Shown: positions 46,706 through 55,820, numbered from the stretch's first letter. The stretch: DNA of 64,000 nt from an uncultured bacterium (GCA_965371515.1 CBDUYR010000004.1:11594-75593), one strand, 5' to 3'. Translations and numbers: made by a program. The notes: generated from the sequence alone by a model not told the origin.

Positions 46706-48001
46706 ATGCATCGTGTCATCCCGGTCCTGATGCTGACGCTGATCGTTTTCTCAGGATGTAATGATGATTCGACGAGTCCCGGCGACGGTGGTTCGACCGT
46801 TACCGGCGAGTATGTCGTGTTTGCGTGGAACGATCTAGGAATGCACTGCCTCAACGACACGTACGAGCAGGCGGTCATCCTTCCCCCCTATAACACGGTC
46901 TGGGCGCAGGTCATCCAGAGAGGCGATCCTCCCAGAATCGTCACTGCCGGCCTTGCAGTCGAATACTCCCTCGTGAACAACACCTTCTCCTATGGCAAGA
47001 ATGAGTACGGGGGATTCTGGGACAATGCCGACCAGCTCTTCCGCTTCATTCCCGGATTCACCGCTCCCGCGAACAACATCGGTCTGACGGGAACGGGCCT
47101 CTCCGGTCATATGGAACCTGCTTCCGACCATTTTGTCGCCGAGGGAATACCGCTTGTTCCGGTCGATGATTCCTTTGAATATGACCCCTACCAGATAGCG
47201 ATCATCACCGTAAAAAACAGCGAAGGAAAGGTGCTCGCCTCGACCAGAGCGACCGCTCCCGTATCGGACGAGATGAACTGTGCCAGCTGTCACGGGGCAA
47301 ACGCATGGACCGACGCCATCGCCGACCATGACCGCCTTCACATGACGAGCCTCGCGGATTCAGTACCCTTCCTCTGCGCTTCCTGCCACGGGAGCCCCGC
47401 GCTGGGTACGGTCGGTCCCGGCAGTGCCGGCATCTACCTCTCTGAAGCTATCCACGGAGCGCATGCATCGAGAGAAGCCGCATGCTACGACTGCCATCCC
47501 GGCGAGATAACCAAATGCATGAGAAGCGAGAAACACACGGCGGCCGACGGTAACTGCGAGACCTGCCACGGCGATCTGACCCAGGTCGCGTCCTCTATTA
47601 CCGGGGGAAGGGTCCCCTGGGCCGACGAACCGTCATGCGGCTCGTGCCACACCGGCGTGCCTGGAATGGAACCGTCGGGTACTCTCTTCCGCAATGCCAC
47701 CGGTCATGGATCGGTCAACTGCGCCGCATGCCATCACTCGCCGCACGCGATGTACCCGTCGATGCTGATGGCCGACAACTATCAGCCGATCGAGTACCAG
47801 GGCGGACCAAAGACGATGGGAAGCTGCGGAGTATGCCACAGCGATTCGAGAGGTGAGATCGAGGACATCCACGAGTTCGACGAGGAACATGGCGGAGCGG
47901 ATCCCGACCGGACCATAAGCTGTCACGTTTGCCACACGGTGGTAAGAGATAATACGATGAGCTGGCCGCACGAGTGGAAGTGGAACAACAGCAACGACTG
48001 A
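46706..48001 (+). CDS. octahaem c-type cytochrome lipoprotein
   Basis: 431 aa. Lipobox VFSGC. Eight CxxCH motifs (CASCH x2, CYDCH, CETCH, CGSCH, CAACH, CGVCH, CHVCH), all within aa 192-410. aa 19-190 are haem-free and contain WNDLGMHC. Confidence 0.85.
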   Translation: MHRVIPVLMLTLIVFSGCNDDSTSPGDGGSTVTGEYVVFAWNDLGMHCLNDTYEQAVILPPYNTVWAQVIQRGDPPRIVTAGLAVEYSLVNNTFSYGKNEYGGFWDNADQLFRFIPGFTAPANNIGLTGTGLSGHMEPASDHFVAEGIPLVPVDDSFEYDPYQIAIITVKNSEGKVLASTRATAPVSDEMNCASCHGANAWTDAIADHDRLHMTSLADSVPFLCASCHGSPALGTVGPGSAGIYLSEAIHGAHASREAACYDCHPGEITKCMRSEKHTAADGNCETCHGDLTQVASSITGGRVPWADEPSCGSCHTGVPGMEPSGTLFRNATGHGSVNCAACHHSPHAMYPSMLMADNYQPIEYQGGPKTMGSCGVCHSDSRGEIEDIHEFDEEHGGADPDRTISCHVCHTVVRDNTMSWPHEWKWNNSND

Positions 48002-48054
48002 TCATTATCCTGTCGCGACATGGACAGTTTCGGCAGATCGAGGCATAAATAAAA

Positions 48055-48076
48055 GGGCCGTCCGATCGGGCGGCCC
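48055..48076. terminator. bidirectional intrinsic terminator hairpin between convergent genes
   Basis: GGGCCGUCC-GAUC-GGGCGGCCC stem of about 9 bp, flanked by AAAA on the left (a U-run for the minus-strand oxidoreductase operon) and UU on the right. Confidence 0.55.
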
Positions 48077-48111
48077 TTCAGTATTACTCATCCGCAGGTT
48101 CGTCAGACCGG

Positions 48112-49017
48112 TCACTCCATCCCGGGGATGGCTGCCATCATCTTCTCCTTGGCGAGGAGCCGCTGCCACTTCCTCTCGACGTCCTTCTCGATCCCGTCGA
48201 TCTCCTCATCGTTCAGATGCCTGAAACGCCCCTGCGGCTTGAGGTATTCGCGGACCGATGTCGGCTCGAAGTCCTTCCAGACCTCCAGTTTCTCTCCGTT
48301 CTCGGTGATCTCGAGTATCGGGAAGACACGCGAGGTGACCGCCCTTCTGGCCATCTGGATCGAGAGTTCGGGGGCGAGTTTCCATCCGGTCGGGCAGGGC
48401 GCGAAGATATGGATGTACCTCGTTCCCTTGATCTCCTTCGCCTTCCTGAACTTTTCGATCACGTCTTCCGGCCAGGCTACCGAGCAGGTAGCGATGTAGG
48501 GAATCGAGTGAGCGGTCATGATATCGATCATGTTCTTCTTCGGCTCTCTCTTGTAATTGTCGACCGGCGTGGTCGTGGTCCACGCCCCGACAGGGGTCGA
48601 GGATGAACGCTGGATACCGGTGTTCATGTACGCCTCGTTGTCGTAGCAGACGTATATGATATCGTCATTGCGCTCGGCGGCGCCGGAGAGAGCCTGGAGA
48701 CCGATGTCATACGTGCCTCCGTCGCCCGCCCAGGCCATCACGGTCGTCTCTTTGTCGCCCCTCATCTCGAGCCCTGCCTTGATGCCGGTGGCAGTCACGG
48801 CGGCCGTCTCGAACGCCGTATGGAATATCGGCAGGTTGACGGCCGAGTGGGGAAACGTTCCATCGATCACAGCCCAGCAGCATGCCGGGATGGTGAGCGC
48901 AGTCTTCGGACCGAGCGCCTTCAGCGCGAATCTCATAGCCTGTGTAGCTCCGCATCCCTGGCAGGCGAGATGCCCGGAGCCCATCAGCTCTTCCATCGGA
49001 ATACGCGGCGCTTTCAT
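48112..49017 (-). CDS. 2-oxoacid:ferredoxin oxidoreductase beta subunit (TPP-binding)
   Basis: 301 aa. CQGCG motif and the TPP GDG motif (AGDGGTYDIG). 4-nt overlap with the alpha subunit gene. Substrate not assignable. Confidence 0.9.
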   Translation of the reverse strand: MKAPRIPMEELMGSGHLACQGCGATQAMRFALKALGPKTALTIPACCWAVIDGTFPHSAVNLPIFHTAFETAAVTATGIKAGLEMRGDKETTVMAWAGDGGTYDIGLQALSGAAERNDDIIYVCYDNEAYMNTGIQRSSSTPVGAWTTTTPVDNYKREPKKNMIDIMTAHSIPYIATCSVAWPEDVIEKFRKAKEIKGTRYIHIFAPCPTGWKLAPELSIQMARRAVTSRVFPILEITENGEKLEVWKDFEPTSVREYLKPQGRFRHLNDEEIDGIEKDVERKWQRLLAKEKMMAAIPGME

Positions 49018-50165
49018 ATCTTCACCCCTATCCAGTTGATATATTTTTCCGGCTGCTTATCGCCTATCGCCTTATCGGCGATCTCGCGGATGACCTTCGG
49101 TGTGATATCGCGGCCACCGAGACCTGCGATGTAACCGATGATAGGTATGTCCGTGCGGCCATACAGTGCACTCTTTATCTCCTGATAAAATATGCCGTGC
49201 GCGCCGAAAGAGATGTTCCGGTCGATCACGGCGACCTTCTTCGCCTTCGAGAGCACATCGAAGACCTCCTCTATCGGGAAGGGCCTGAAGACCCTTATCT
49301 TCAGCGACCCGATCTTTACTCCCTCGTCGCGGAGCTCGTCGATGACGACCCTCGTCGTCGAGGCTACGGTGCCGGAAGTCACTAATATGGTCTCAGCGTC
49401 GTCACAGCGATAGGGCTCGATCAGCCCGTAGCTGCGGCCGAACTTATCTTCGAATTCCTTGTTGACTCTCTTGACCACCTCGAGGCCCCTGTCCATCGCC
49501 ATCTGGATCATATAGCGCAGCTCCATGTAGTAATCGGGCCCGGCGAGGTTGCCGAAAGAATGCTGGTCGGCTGTATCGATCTTTATCTCGGGCTCGTACG
49601 GAGGCAGGAATTCCCGGACCTGCTCCTTCTCGATAATATCCACGATCTCGAAGGTGTGCGAGAGGAAGAACGCGTCCATGACGATCATCACCGGCATCTG
49701 CAGCTCTTCGGCAATCTTGAACGCCTGGGGGACCGTGTCCTGCACCTCCTGGTTCGACTCGCAATAGATCTGGAGCCAGCCGACATCCCGTTGGCTGAGG
49801 GAGTCGTTCTGATCGGTCCAGATCGACCACGGCGGCCCGACGGCCCTGTTGACATTCGCCAGTACGATAGGGAGCCTTGCTCCGACTGCCCAGTGGAGCA
49901 TCTCGTGCATGAGAAGCAGCCCCTGGGAAGATGTAGCCGTAAAGGCCCTCGAACCGGCAGCGGACGCTCCGATGCAGGCGGCCATGGCGCTGTGCTCGGA
50001 CTCGACCTTGATGAACTTCGCGTCGATCTCGCCGTTCGCGCACATCTCGGAGAGGAGCTCTACGATATGGGTCTGCGGCGTTATCGGATAGGCCGAAATG
50101 ACCTTGGCCTCAGAAGCCCTGACGCCGTAACTCACGGCGTGGTTTCCCATGATGACCTTCTTCAT
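49014..50165 (-). CDS. 2-oxoacid:ferredoxin oxidoreductase alpha subunit
   Basis: Start taken at MKKVIMGNHAVSYGV (ATG 50165, ATGA overlap with the upstream stop). PorA/VorA-like sequence (YPITPQT, SEHSAMAACIGAS). Confidence 0.9.
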   Translation of the reverse strand: MKKVIMGNHAVSYGVRASEAKVISAYPITPQTHIVELLSEMCANGEIDAKFIKVESEHSAMAACIGASAAGSRAFTATSSQGLLLMHEMLHWAVGARLPIVLANVNRAVGPPWSIWTDQNDSLSQRDVGWLQIYCESNQEVQDTVPQAFKIAEELQMPVMIVMDAFFLSHTFEIVDIIEKEQVREFLPPYEPEIKIDTADQHSFGNLAGPDYYMELRYMIQMAMDRGLEVVKRVNKEFEDKFGRSYGLIEPYRCDDAETILVTSGTVASTTRVVIDELRDEGVKIGSLKIRVFRPFPIEEVFDVLSKAKKVAVIDRNISFGAHGIFYQEIKSALYGRTDIPIIGYIAGLGGRDITPKVIREIADKAIGDKQPEKYINWIGVKI

Positions 50166-51841
50166 TTTCCCTCCTCCCGGATCGATATGGCGTTGCGCGG
50201 GCACTCGAATACGCAAACGAGACAGCCCTTGCAATAGTCGTAAAGGAATTCGTATTCGTCCTCGTGCCGCGCGATGGCGACGTCGGGACAGTATACCCAG
50301 CAGTTATCGCAGTAGTTGCATACCCCGCACGAGAAACACCGGTCCGCCTCGGAAGCGAGCAGCTCACCGGTATACCCCGTCTTTATCTCCGTGAATCCCG
50401 TCTTCGCCTCGGCGGCGGAGACCCTCGGAACGAGGTTTCTCTTCGAGCGGGTGAAGTAGTCGGTGTTCATGTCCTCGATGCCGACAGTCTTCGGTTCCTC
50501 GACTTCGGGTTCCGGCTCGCCCTCCAGCATCCTGACAATCCTCTCGGCCGCCTTGCGTCCGGCGGCAATAGCCTCGACTACGCTTGCTGCACCGGTGACC
50601 ACATCTCCCCCGGCGAATATTTTCGGATCGGAGGTGATCCCTGTCTCGCCTGAGGTCTTGATCAGGTTCCATTCAGTCTCGACCTTGGATTCAATGCCTT
50701 CGAGATCGGCCTGCTCTCCGATCGCCGTGAAGAGCCTGTCGACCTCCATCTCGATCGTCTCGCCCTCGACCGGCACCGGCCTGCGCCTGCCTGAATCATC
50801 GGGCTCACCGAGTTCCATCTTCTGGAAGATCACGCGGACGAGCTTTCCGCCCTCGCGAACGAGTTCTTCAGGAGCGGCGAGGAAATGAAACGCCACTCCT
50901 TCTTTTTCCGCTTCTTCGATCTCTTCGGCGATCGCAGGCATCTCGTTTCTCGTACGGCGATAGACGACGGTCACCTCGCTGCCGGAGCGCAGGGCGCACC
51001 TGGCAACATCCATCGCGGTGTTTCCGCCGCCGACCACTACGACCTTCGTCCCGGGCTCAACCTTCTCGCCGCTGTTGACCTTGCGGAGAAAATCGAGACC
51101 CGGCTCGACGCCGTATTCATCCTCGCCGTCCACGCCCAGGCCACGGCTGCTCATCAGTCCCAGGCCGAGGAAGACGGCTTTGTATTCTTTCTCGAGCTGA
51201 TCCATTGTAACGTCAGTGCCAACGTTGGCTCCGGACTTCACCTCAATGGGCCCCGAATCCAGGATCTGTTTAATAACTCTGTCGAGGAGTTCGTTGGGGA
51301 GCCTGTACTCCGGGATGCCCCACCTGAGAACTCCACCGAGGGCCTTGTCCCTCTCGAACAGCGTCACCGGATAACCCTGCCTGGCGAGGTAAAAAGCGCA
51401 CGAGAGACCCGCGGGGCCGCTTCCGACCACGGCCACCTTCTCTTTCTTCGAGGCCTTCGACTTCTCCATCCAGCCGCCGTTCTCGAGTCCCATGTCGCCG
51501 AGGGACCTCTCGATCGCGTTGATGTTGACCGCCTCGTCGTAGTCCTTCCTCGTACACTTGGTCATGCACGGATGGAAACAGACGCGGCCGGTCACGGCGG
51601 GCATCGGGTTGCTTTCTATGATCGTCTTCCATGCCTCCTCGTGCCTGCTCTCCGTGACGAGATAGATATATCTCTGTATGTTCTCGTTCGTGGGGCACCC
51701 GAGGATACACGGCGATGTCTTGAAATCGTACAGCGGCCTTACGTTCCGCCACGATCCGGTGAGGTTCCACATCATGGAACTCGACGTCATCGCACGGATC
51801 GGCATCTCTTTGTAACTTTTGAATTCGATCTTCTTGACCAT
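50162..51841 (-). CDS. GltD/SudA/NfnB-like NAD(P)H flavoprotein fused to a PorD-type 2x[4Fe-4S] ferredoxin
   Basis: 559 aa. N-terminal Cys clusters (SPCILGCP, RVCFHPCMTKC). FAD and NAD(P) Rossmann motifs (VAVVGSGPAGLSCAFYLA, VVVVGGGNTAMDVA). The C-terminal approx. 65 aa carry CFSCGVCNYCDNCWVYCP and CKGCLVCVFECP. It occupies the position of the delta subunit in the gamma-delta-alpha-beta gene order. Confidence 0.8.
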   Translation of the reverse strand: MVKKIEFKSYKEMPIRAMTSSSMMWNLTGSWRNVRPLYDFKTSPCILGCPTNENIQRYIYLVTESRHEEAWKTIIESNPMPAVTGRVCFHPCMTKCTRKDYDEAVNINAIERSLGDMGLENGGWMEKSKASKKEKVAVVGSGPAGLSCAFYLARQGYPVTLFERDKALGGVLRWGIPEYRLPNELLDRVIKQILDSGPIEVKSGANVGTDVTMDQLEKEYKAVFLGLGLMSSRGLGVDGEDEYGVEPGLDFLRKVNSGEKVEPGTKVVVVGGGNTAMDVARCALRSGSEVTVVYRRTRNEMPAIAEEIEEAEKEGVAFHFLAAPEELVREGGKLVRVIFQKMELGEPDDSGRRRPVPVEGETIEMEVDRLFTAIGEQADLEGIESKVETEWNLIKTSGETGITSDPKIFAGGDVVTGAASVVEAIAAGRKAAERIVRMLEGEPEPEVEEPKTVGIEDMNTDYFTRSKRNLVPRVSAAEAKTGFTEIKTGYTGELLASEADRCFSCGVCNYCDNCWVYCPDVAIARHEDEYEFLYDYCKGCLVCVFECPRNAISIREEGK

Positions 51842-51867
51842 TTAGCCTCCAGCCTTCAGCCCCATAT

Positions 51868-52428
51868 CTATTTTCCGGAGATGATCTTCACCTCGTTGAA
51901 GGCGTCTTCAGCAGCCTGCATATTAGCTTCCTTCTTGACCGGCACGAAACCGTTGATCGCCGTCTTTACAGCATCGAGTCCTACCAGACCGGTTGCTCCA
52001 GCGAATGCGCCTATGATAGATGTATTTACGATGGGGGCGGCTAGCGATCCGAGCCTGTGGCTCAGCGCTATTTTCGCCGCGTCGATGATAGCAACCTTGA
52101 ACTTTCCGGTCAGATTTTCGTCGTCAATATCCACGTTCGAATTGATAACGATCCAGCCCCCCTCCTTCAATCCGTCGGTGATATTGACGGTAGAGAGAAG
52201 GACCCGGTCGAGGACGATGAGATGATCGGGCTCGTAGATCTGGCATCTCTCGCGGATCTCGCCGTCAGAGATGCGTGTGAACGCCATCACGGGAGCGCCC
52301 CTGCGCTCGACGCCGAAAGCCGGAAACGCCTGGACGAACTTCCCTTCGTGGAAGAACGCGTCCGCCAGGATCTCCGAGGCGATCACCGATCCCTGGCCTC
52401 CGCGGCCATGGGTCCTGATTTCCAGCAT
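51868..52428 (-). CDS. 2-oxoacid:ferredoxin oxidoreductase gamma subunit
   Basis: 186 aa. MLEIRTHGRGGQGSVIASEILA is the typical PorG/VorC N-terminus. Confidence 0.88.
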   Translation of the reverse strand: MLEIRTHGRGGQGSVIASEILADAFFHEGKFVQAFPAFGVERRGAPVMAFTRISDGEIRERCQIYEPDHLIVLDRVLLSTVNITDGLKEGGWIVINSNVDIDDENLTGKFKVAIIDAAKIALSHRLGSLAAPIVNTSIIGAFAGATGLVGLDAVKTAINGFVPVKKEANMQAAEDAFNEVKIISGK

Positions 52429-52703
52429 ATCCTGTCCCTTTCCAGTGGGTTGACGGTTACCCGTTTCTTTGAGATTTTCTGATAGAAGCCGGGTCTTCCC
52501 GTGTGGAAAAAACCCGTAAAAAGACTACAACGGCCATATACCGCCCGTCAAGCGCTTTTTTGTTATCTCTTATAAATTAATGTTTATATGTATACGATGC
52601 AAGATATTCCCGATTATCCCGAAGGGTATTCATGGTTTCCAGGATCACTCCCCCTGAAAAACCCCATTATCCTCTTGCCATATATATATTTACACACAAA
52701 CAA

Positions 52704-52728
52704 GGTCGGCAATCGCTGATTGCCGACC
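52704..52728 (-). terminator. intrinsic terminator after the tRNA-Ser/Ser/Arg cluster
   Basis: Perfect 11-bp stem (GGUCGGCAAUC / GAUUGCCGACC) with a 3-nt loop, 10 nt past the tRNA-Arg 3' end, followed on the minus strand by UUGUUUGUGUGU. Confidence 0.55.
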
Positions 52729-52738
52729 CAGAATCAAA

Positions 52739-52812
52739 TACGCCCAGGAGGATTCGAACCCCCAACCTCCTGGTCCGTAGCCAAGCGCTCTATCCAATTG
52801 AGCTATGGGCGC
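52739..52812 (-). tRNA. tRNA-Arg (ACG)
   Basis: Cloverleaf: GCGCCCA acceptor (G1:U72), anticodon loop CUACGGA, T-loop GGUUCGAAUCC. CCA is not encoded. Confidence 0.9.
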
Positions 52813-52839
52813 ATATTTTATCGATTCTATCTCAAATAG

Positions 52840-52931
<92 letters not shown>

Positions 52932-52950
52932 GCTTGACTTCATCTTTTTG

Positions 52951-53037
52951 TGGCGGAGGGCGAGGGACTCGAACCCCCAAGGGCTTACGCCCGGCGGATT
53001 TCAAATCCGCTGCCTTACCAGTTAGGACTAGCCCTCC
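52951..53037 (-). tRNA. tRNA-Ser (UGA)
   Basis: Type II tRNA: GGAGGGC/GCCCUCC acceptor, anticodon stem GCGGA/UCCGC with loop UUUGAAA, variable arm GGGC-GUAA-GCCC, encoded CCA. Confidence 0.85.
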
Positions 53038-53077
53038 AAAAAAAACCACTTCCGCGGACCCACGGAAGGTACCGGTT

Positions 53078-53106
53078 AGTATAAGAAGCGCCTGACAGGC
53101 TGTCAA
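53078..53106 (-). promoter_or_regulatory. candidate sigma70-type promoter of the tRNA cluster
   Basis: The minus strand reads TTGACA, 17 nt, TATACT (-35 at 53106-53101, -10 at 53083-53078), about 40 nt upstream of tRNA-Ser(UGA). Confidence 0.45.
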
Positions 53107-53136
53107 GGACAGACGGCCGTACTCGAACCTGATGCT

Positions 53137-54141
53137 TCATGACATCCCATCCTCCCTCTCCCACTGCTCGATCTTTCTCCTGCTTCTGCTACGCTTGATG
53201 AAATAAGCCAGCAGGAACAGGACCGAGAAACTCAGGCCGTACGGGGATATGCTGAGGAACAAGGCTGTCTTCCGGTATCTGCTTCTCATCGTCGCGGCGA
53301 ACCTGCCCGAGAACTCCCCGGCCGTCTCGCCGAACGTCAGCGTGAATGCCTTCTCGAAATCCCCCGAGTCCCTGAGAAACGCGGTGAAGGTTATCATGTC
53401 CCTCTCTCCGCCTGCAAGGAGCACGTTGACCGCCGCGTAGCTGACCCGATAGGCCATCGCCGCCTTAGCGGCGCTTTTCGGGAATCTGCCCCTGAGATCC
53501 TCCAGACTAGGCATATCCTCTCTCCATACAGTCAGGGCGAGGTGCCACTGGTCGCGGAGAGTCCACTCCCGCGACTGTCTCATGGCGATCCCCTCGACGA
53601 ACCACGTCGGGCAGTGCGCTCCGGCAGTTCTCTGCGCGAGAAGGACATGTGAGAGCTCGTGCCGGACGACGGTCTCGAGCGGCCGGCCCGAAAGCAGGAC
53701 GCGGGATGCGTCTATGCCGATGATCATCCTCCGTGAATCGCCGAACGCCTCTCCCCACTCGGGCAGCCGCCCGCCGTGCAGGTGCCTGAACGAAGGGGTG
53801 TCGGGAGCGATGACGAACGCAACAGGTAAGATTTTCTCGAGCCCGATTTCGGCGGCGATCTCGCCAACCGACCTGCAGGTTATCTTATCTATCTCGGCAG
53901 AGAGCCTCTCCCCCCCCTCGGCATAATAGATGATGTACGTCCCGCACTCGGCGGATCTGGCGTAATACCCGTCGAGGCCCTCGACAAATTTCCTGTCGTA
54001 TGAAGCGGCGGGGCCGGCCGGGAACAGGAAGGAGAGCAAGAGTGCCGCGGTCAGAGGCAGTACCGCATTGCGCTGCCTGCTGAGCAACATCGATGCGGCG
54101 CGCATCAGAAATATGGCAGTAAGATAAATCGGATGGATCAA
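53137..54141 (-). CDS. peptidase MA-like zinc metalloprotease, membrane anchored
   Basis: 334 aa. N-terminal signal or anchor, a HELSH zinc motif followed by WFVEGIA (Peptidase_MA_2-like), and a C-terminal TM helix (LSFSVLFLLAYFI). Confidence 0.65.
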   Translation of the reverse strand: MIHPIYLTAIFLMRAASMLLSRQRNAVLPLTAALLLSFLFPAGPAASYDRKFVEGLDGYYARSAECGTYIIYYAEGGERLSAEIDKITCRSVGEIAAEIGLEKILPVAFVIAPDTPSFRHLHGGRLPEWGEAFGDSRRMIIGIDASRVLLSGRPLETVVRHELSHVLLAQRTAGAHCPTWFVEGIAMRQSREWTLRDQWHLALTVWREDMPSLEDLRGRFPKSAAKAAMAYRVSYAAVNVLLAGGERDMITFTAFLRDSGDFEKAFTLTFGETAGEFSGRFAATMRSRYRKTALFLSISPYGLSFSVLFLLAYFIKRSRSRRKIEQWEREDGMS

Positions 54142-54145
54142 GGGA

Positions 54146-55327
54146 TCAGTTCTCTCCCTTTATGGGGGACAGCTCACGAAGCCTCCCGACGACTTCAGGG
54201 AAAGTCTCCAGGAATGCGTCGACGTCCTCGTCCGTGTTGCAGATACCGAGACTTATCCGTAGTGCGCCCTGTGCCTCTACAGAATCGAGGCCCATCGCTC
54301 TCAGGACGTAGCTGGGTTCGGAATCGCCCGTCGCGCAGGCGCTGCCGCTCGAGAGCGCGAAACCGAGCATGCTGAGGTTGAGCGACATAGCCTCACCCTC
54401 TATGCCGGGCACGGTCACATTGCACGTGTTGGAAACTCTCGATGCTCCAGCGCCGTTGATATGGACATTGGGGACCTTCTCGAGTATCCCCTCCTGGAGC
54501 CTGTCGCGGAGAGCGCCGATCCTCGCCATCTCCTCCTCGAGATGCCCTGCGGAGAGCCTGCACGCCTCGCCGAAGCCGACGATGGCGGGGATATTCTCCG
54601 TCCCGGGCCTGAGCCCTTCCTCCTGGTGCCCGCCGGTGTAGACCGGCTCGATCGGTGTGCCGCGTCGGACGTAGAGGGCCCCGATGCCCTTCGGGCCGTA
54701 GAACTTGTGAGCCGAGATCGAGAGGAGATCGACGCCCAGCTCGCCGACATCGACCGGGATCTTCCCCATACCCTGTACGGCATCGACGTGCAGGATTATC
54801 CCGCGAGGTCTGACGATGCCCGATATCTCCTTTACAGGCTGGATGACGCCCGTCTCGTTGTTTGAGATCATGATACTGGCGAGAATGGTACGATCGGTAA
54901 TTGCCTTTTCGAGATCGGCGGCGTTGACGGAGCCGTCCTTCCTGCAGGGGAGATAGGTGACGCTCACGCCTTCTTTCTCCAGCGACTCGCACGTCCGCAG
55001 TACGGCCGGATGCTCTATCGAAGATGTGATCAAGTGGGGTTCGGGGACCTTTTCGCGAAGCGCCCTGACGACGCCCCTTATCGCCATGTTGTCAGATTCA
55101 GTCCCTCCGGAGGTGAAAATCACTTCTGCCGGCTCGGCTCCGAGGAAGGAGGCGATGTGGTCGCGCGCCTCGTCGATCACGCCCCTGTTCTCCTGGCCGA
55201 AGAAATGGAGGCTGCTCGCGTTTCCGAATCTCGTGTGCAGGAAGGGAAGCATCGCCTCGATGACTTCCTCCCGCATGTACGTGGTCGCATTGTGGTCGAA
55301 ATAGACCCTGCGTTTTGAATCGCTCAT
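54146..55327 (-). CDS. iscS: cysteine desulfurase (NifS/IscS class)
   Basis: 393 aa. PLP lysine motif SAHKFYGPKGIGALY and active-site loop SSGSACATG. No scaffold gene (iscU/nifU) is adjacent. Confidence 0.9.
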   Translation of the reverse strand: MSDSKRRVYFDHNATTYMREEVIEAMLPFLHTRFGNASSLHFFGQENRGVIDEARDHIASFLGAEPAEVIFTSGGTESDNMAIRGVVRALREKVPEPHLITSSIEHPAVLRTCESLEKEGVSVTYLPCRKDGSVNAADLEKAITDRTILASIMISNNETGVIQPVKEISGIVRPRGIILHVDAVQGMGKIPVDVGELGVDLLSISAHKFYGPKGIGALYVRRGTPIEPVYTGGHQEEGLRPGTENIPAIVGFGEACRLSAGHLEEEMARIGALRDRLQEGILEKVPNVHINGAGASRVSNTCNVTVPGIEGEAMSLNLSMLGFALSSGSACATGDSEPSYVLRAMGLDSVEAQGALRISLGICNTDEDVDAFLETFPEVVGRLRELSPIKGEN

Positions 55328-55379
55328 ATCGTGATTGTCCCCGGTGGCAGCAATCGTCCCCGTGGTCGTTGCAGTGAAG

Positions 55380-55820
55380 TCAGCCGGCCTTTTCCTTGTC
55401 GAAGATCGTCTTGATGTCGGACAGATTATAGGACAAAAGAACGTTCGAGATCTCCCCCTCGAGCTTCTTTAATATCGGCACTACGACGCAATCGTCAAAT
55501 TTGTCGCAGGGATTCTCGGTTACATTCTCGCAGTCTCCGCTGAGACAGCTGGAGACATAGAACGATCCTTCGAGCGCTTCGACGACATCACCGATCAAAA
55601 TTTCTTCGGGGGGCCTCTTGAGCCTGAAGCCGCCTCCAGGCCCCCTGACCCCGACTATAATGTCGTTCCTTCGAAGGTGGGCGAGAAGCTGCTCAAGAAA
55701 GCTCGGCGAGATATCCTCCAGTTCCGATATCTCCTTCGCCGATACAGGCTGTTGTCCGTATCTCTCGGACATGACAGCCAGAGCCCTGAGGCCGTACCTG
55801 AACATCGCGGTAAAACGCAT
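55380..55820 (-). CDS. Rrf2 family transcriptional regulator (IscR-like)
   Basis: 146 aa. MRFTAMFRYGLRALAVM... wHTH domain, with Cys residues (SSCLSGDCENVTENPC) that could ligate a cluster. Confidence 0.88.
   Translation of the reverse strand: MRFTAMFRYGLRALAVMSERYGQQPVSAKEISELEDISPSFLEQLLAHLRRNDIIVGVRGPGGGFRLKRPPEEILIGDVVEALEGSFYVSSCLSGDCENVTENPCDKFDDCVVVPILKKLEGEISNVLLSYNLSDIKTIFDKEKAG

Noticed and set aside
45416-48001. The HNH gene plus cytochrome as a candidate defence or mobile island.
   Set aside because: There is no partner gene typical of defence systems (ATPase, methylase, helicase, RT, Cas), no integrase or transposase, no flanking repeats that I could find, and no tRNA-adjacent attachment signature. 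It is kept only as two separate low-to-moderate interest observations.
52951-53037. Possible tRNA-Sec (selC) or an unusual allo-tRNA, prompted by the presence of selA and a slightly atypical D-arm.
   Set aside because: The anticodon loop reads UUUGAAA, so the anticodon is UGA (which decodes UCA, Ser), not UCA. The acceptor stem is 7 bp and the T stem 5 bp, the normal 7/5 geometry. This is an ordinary type II tRNA-Ser.
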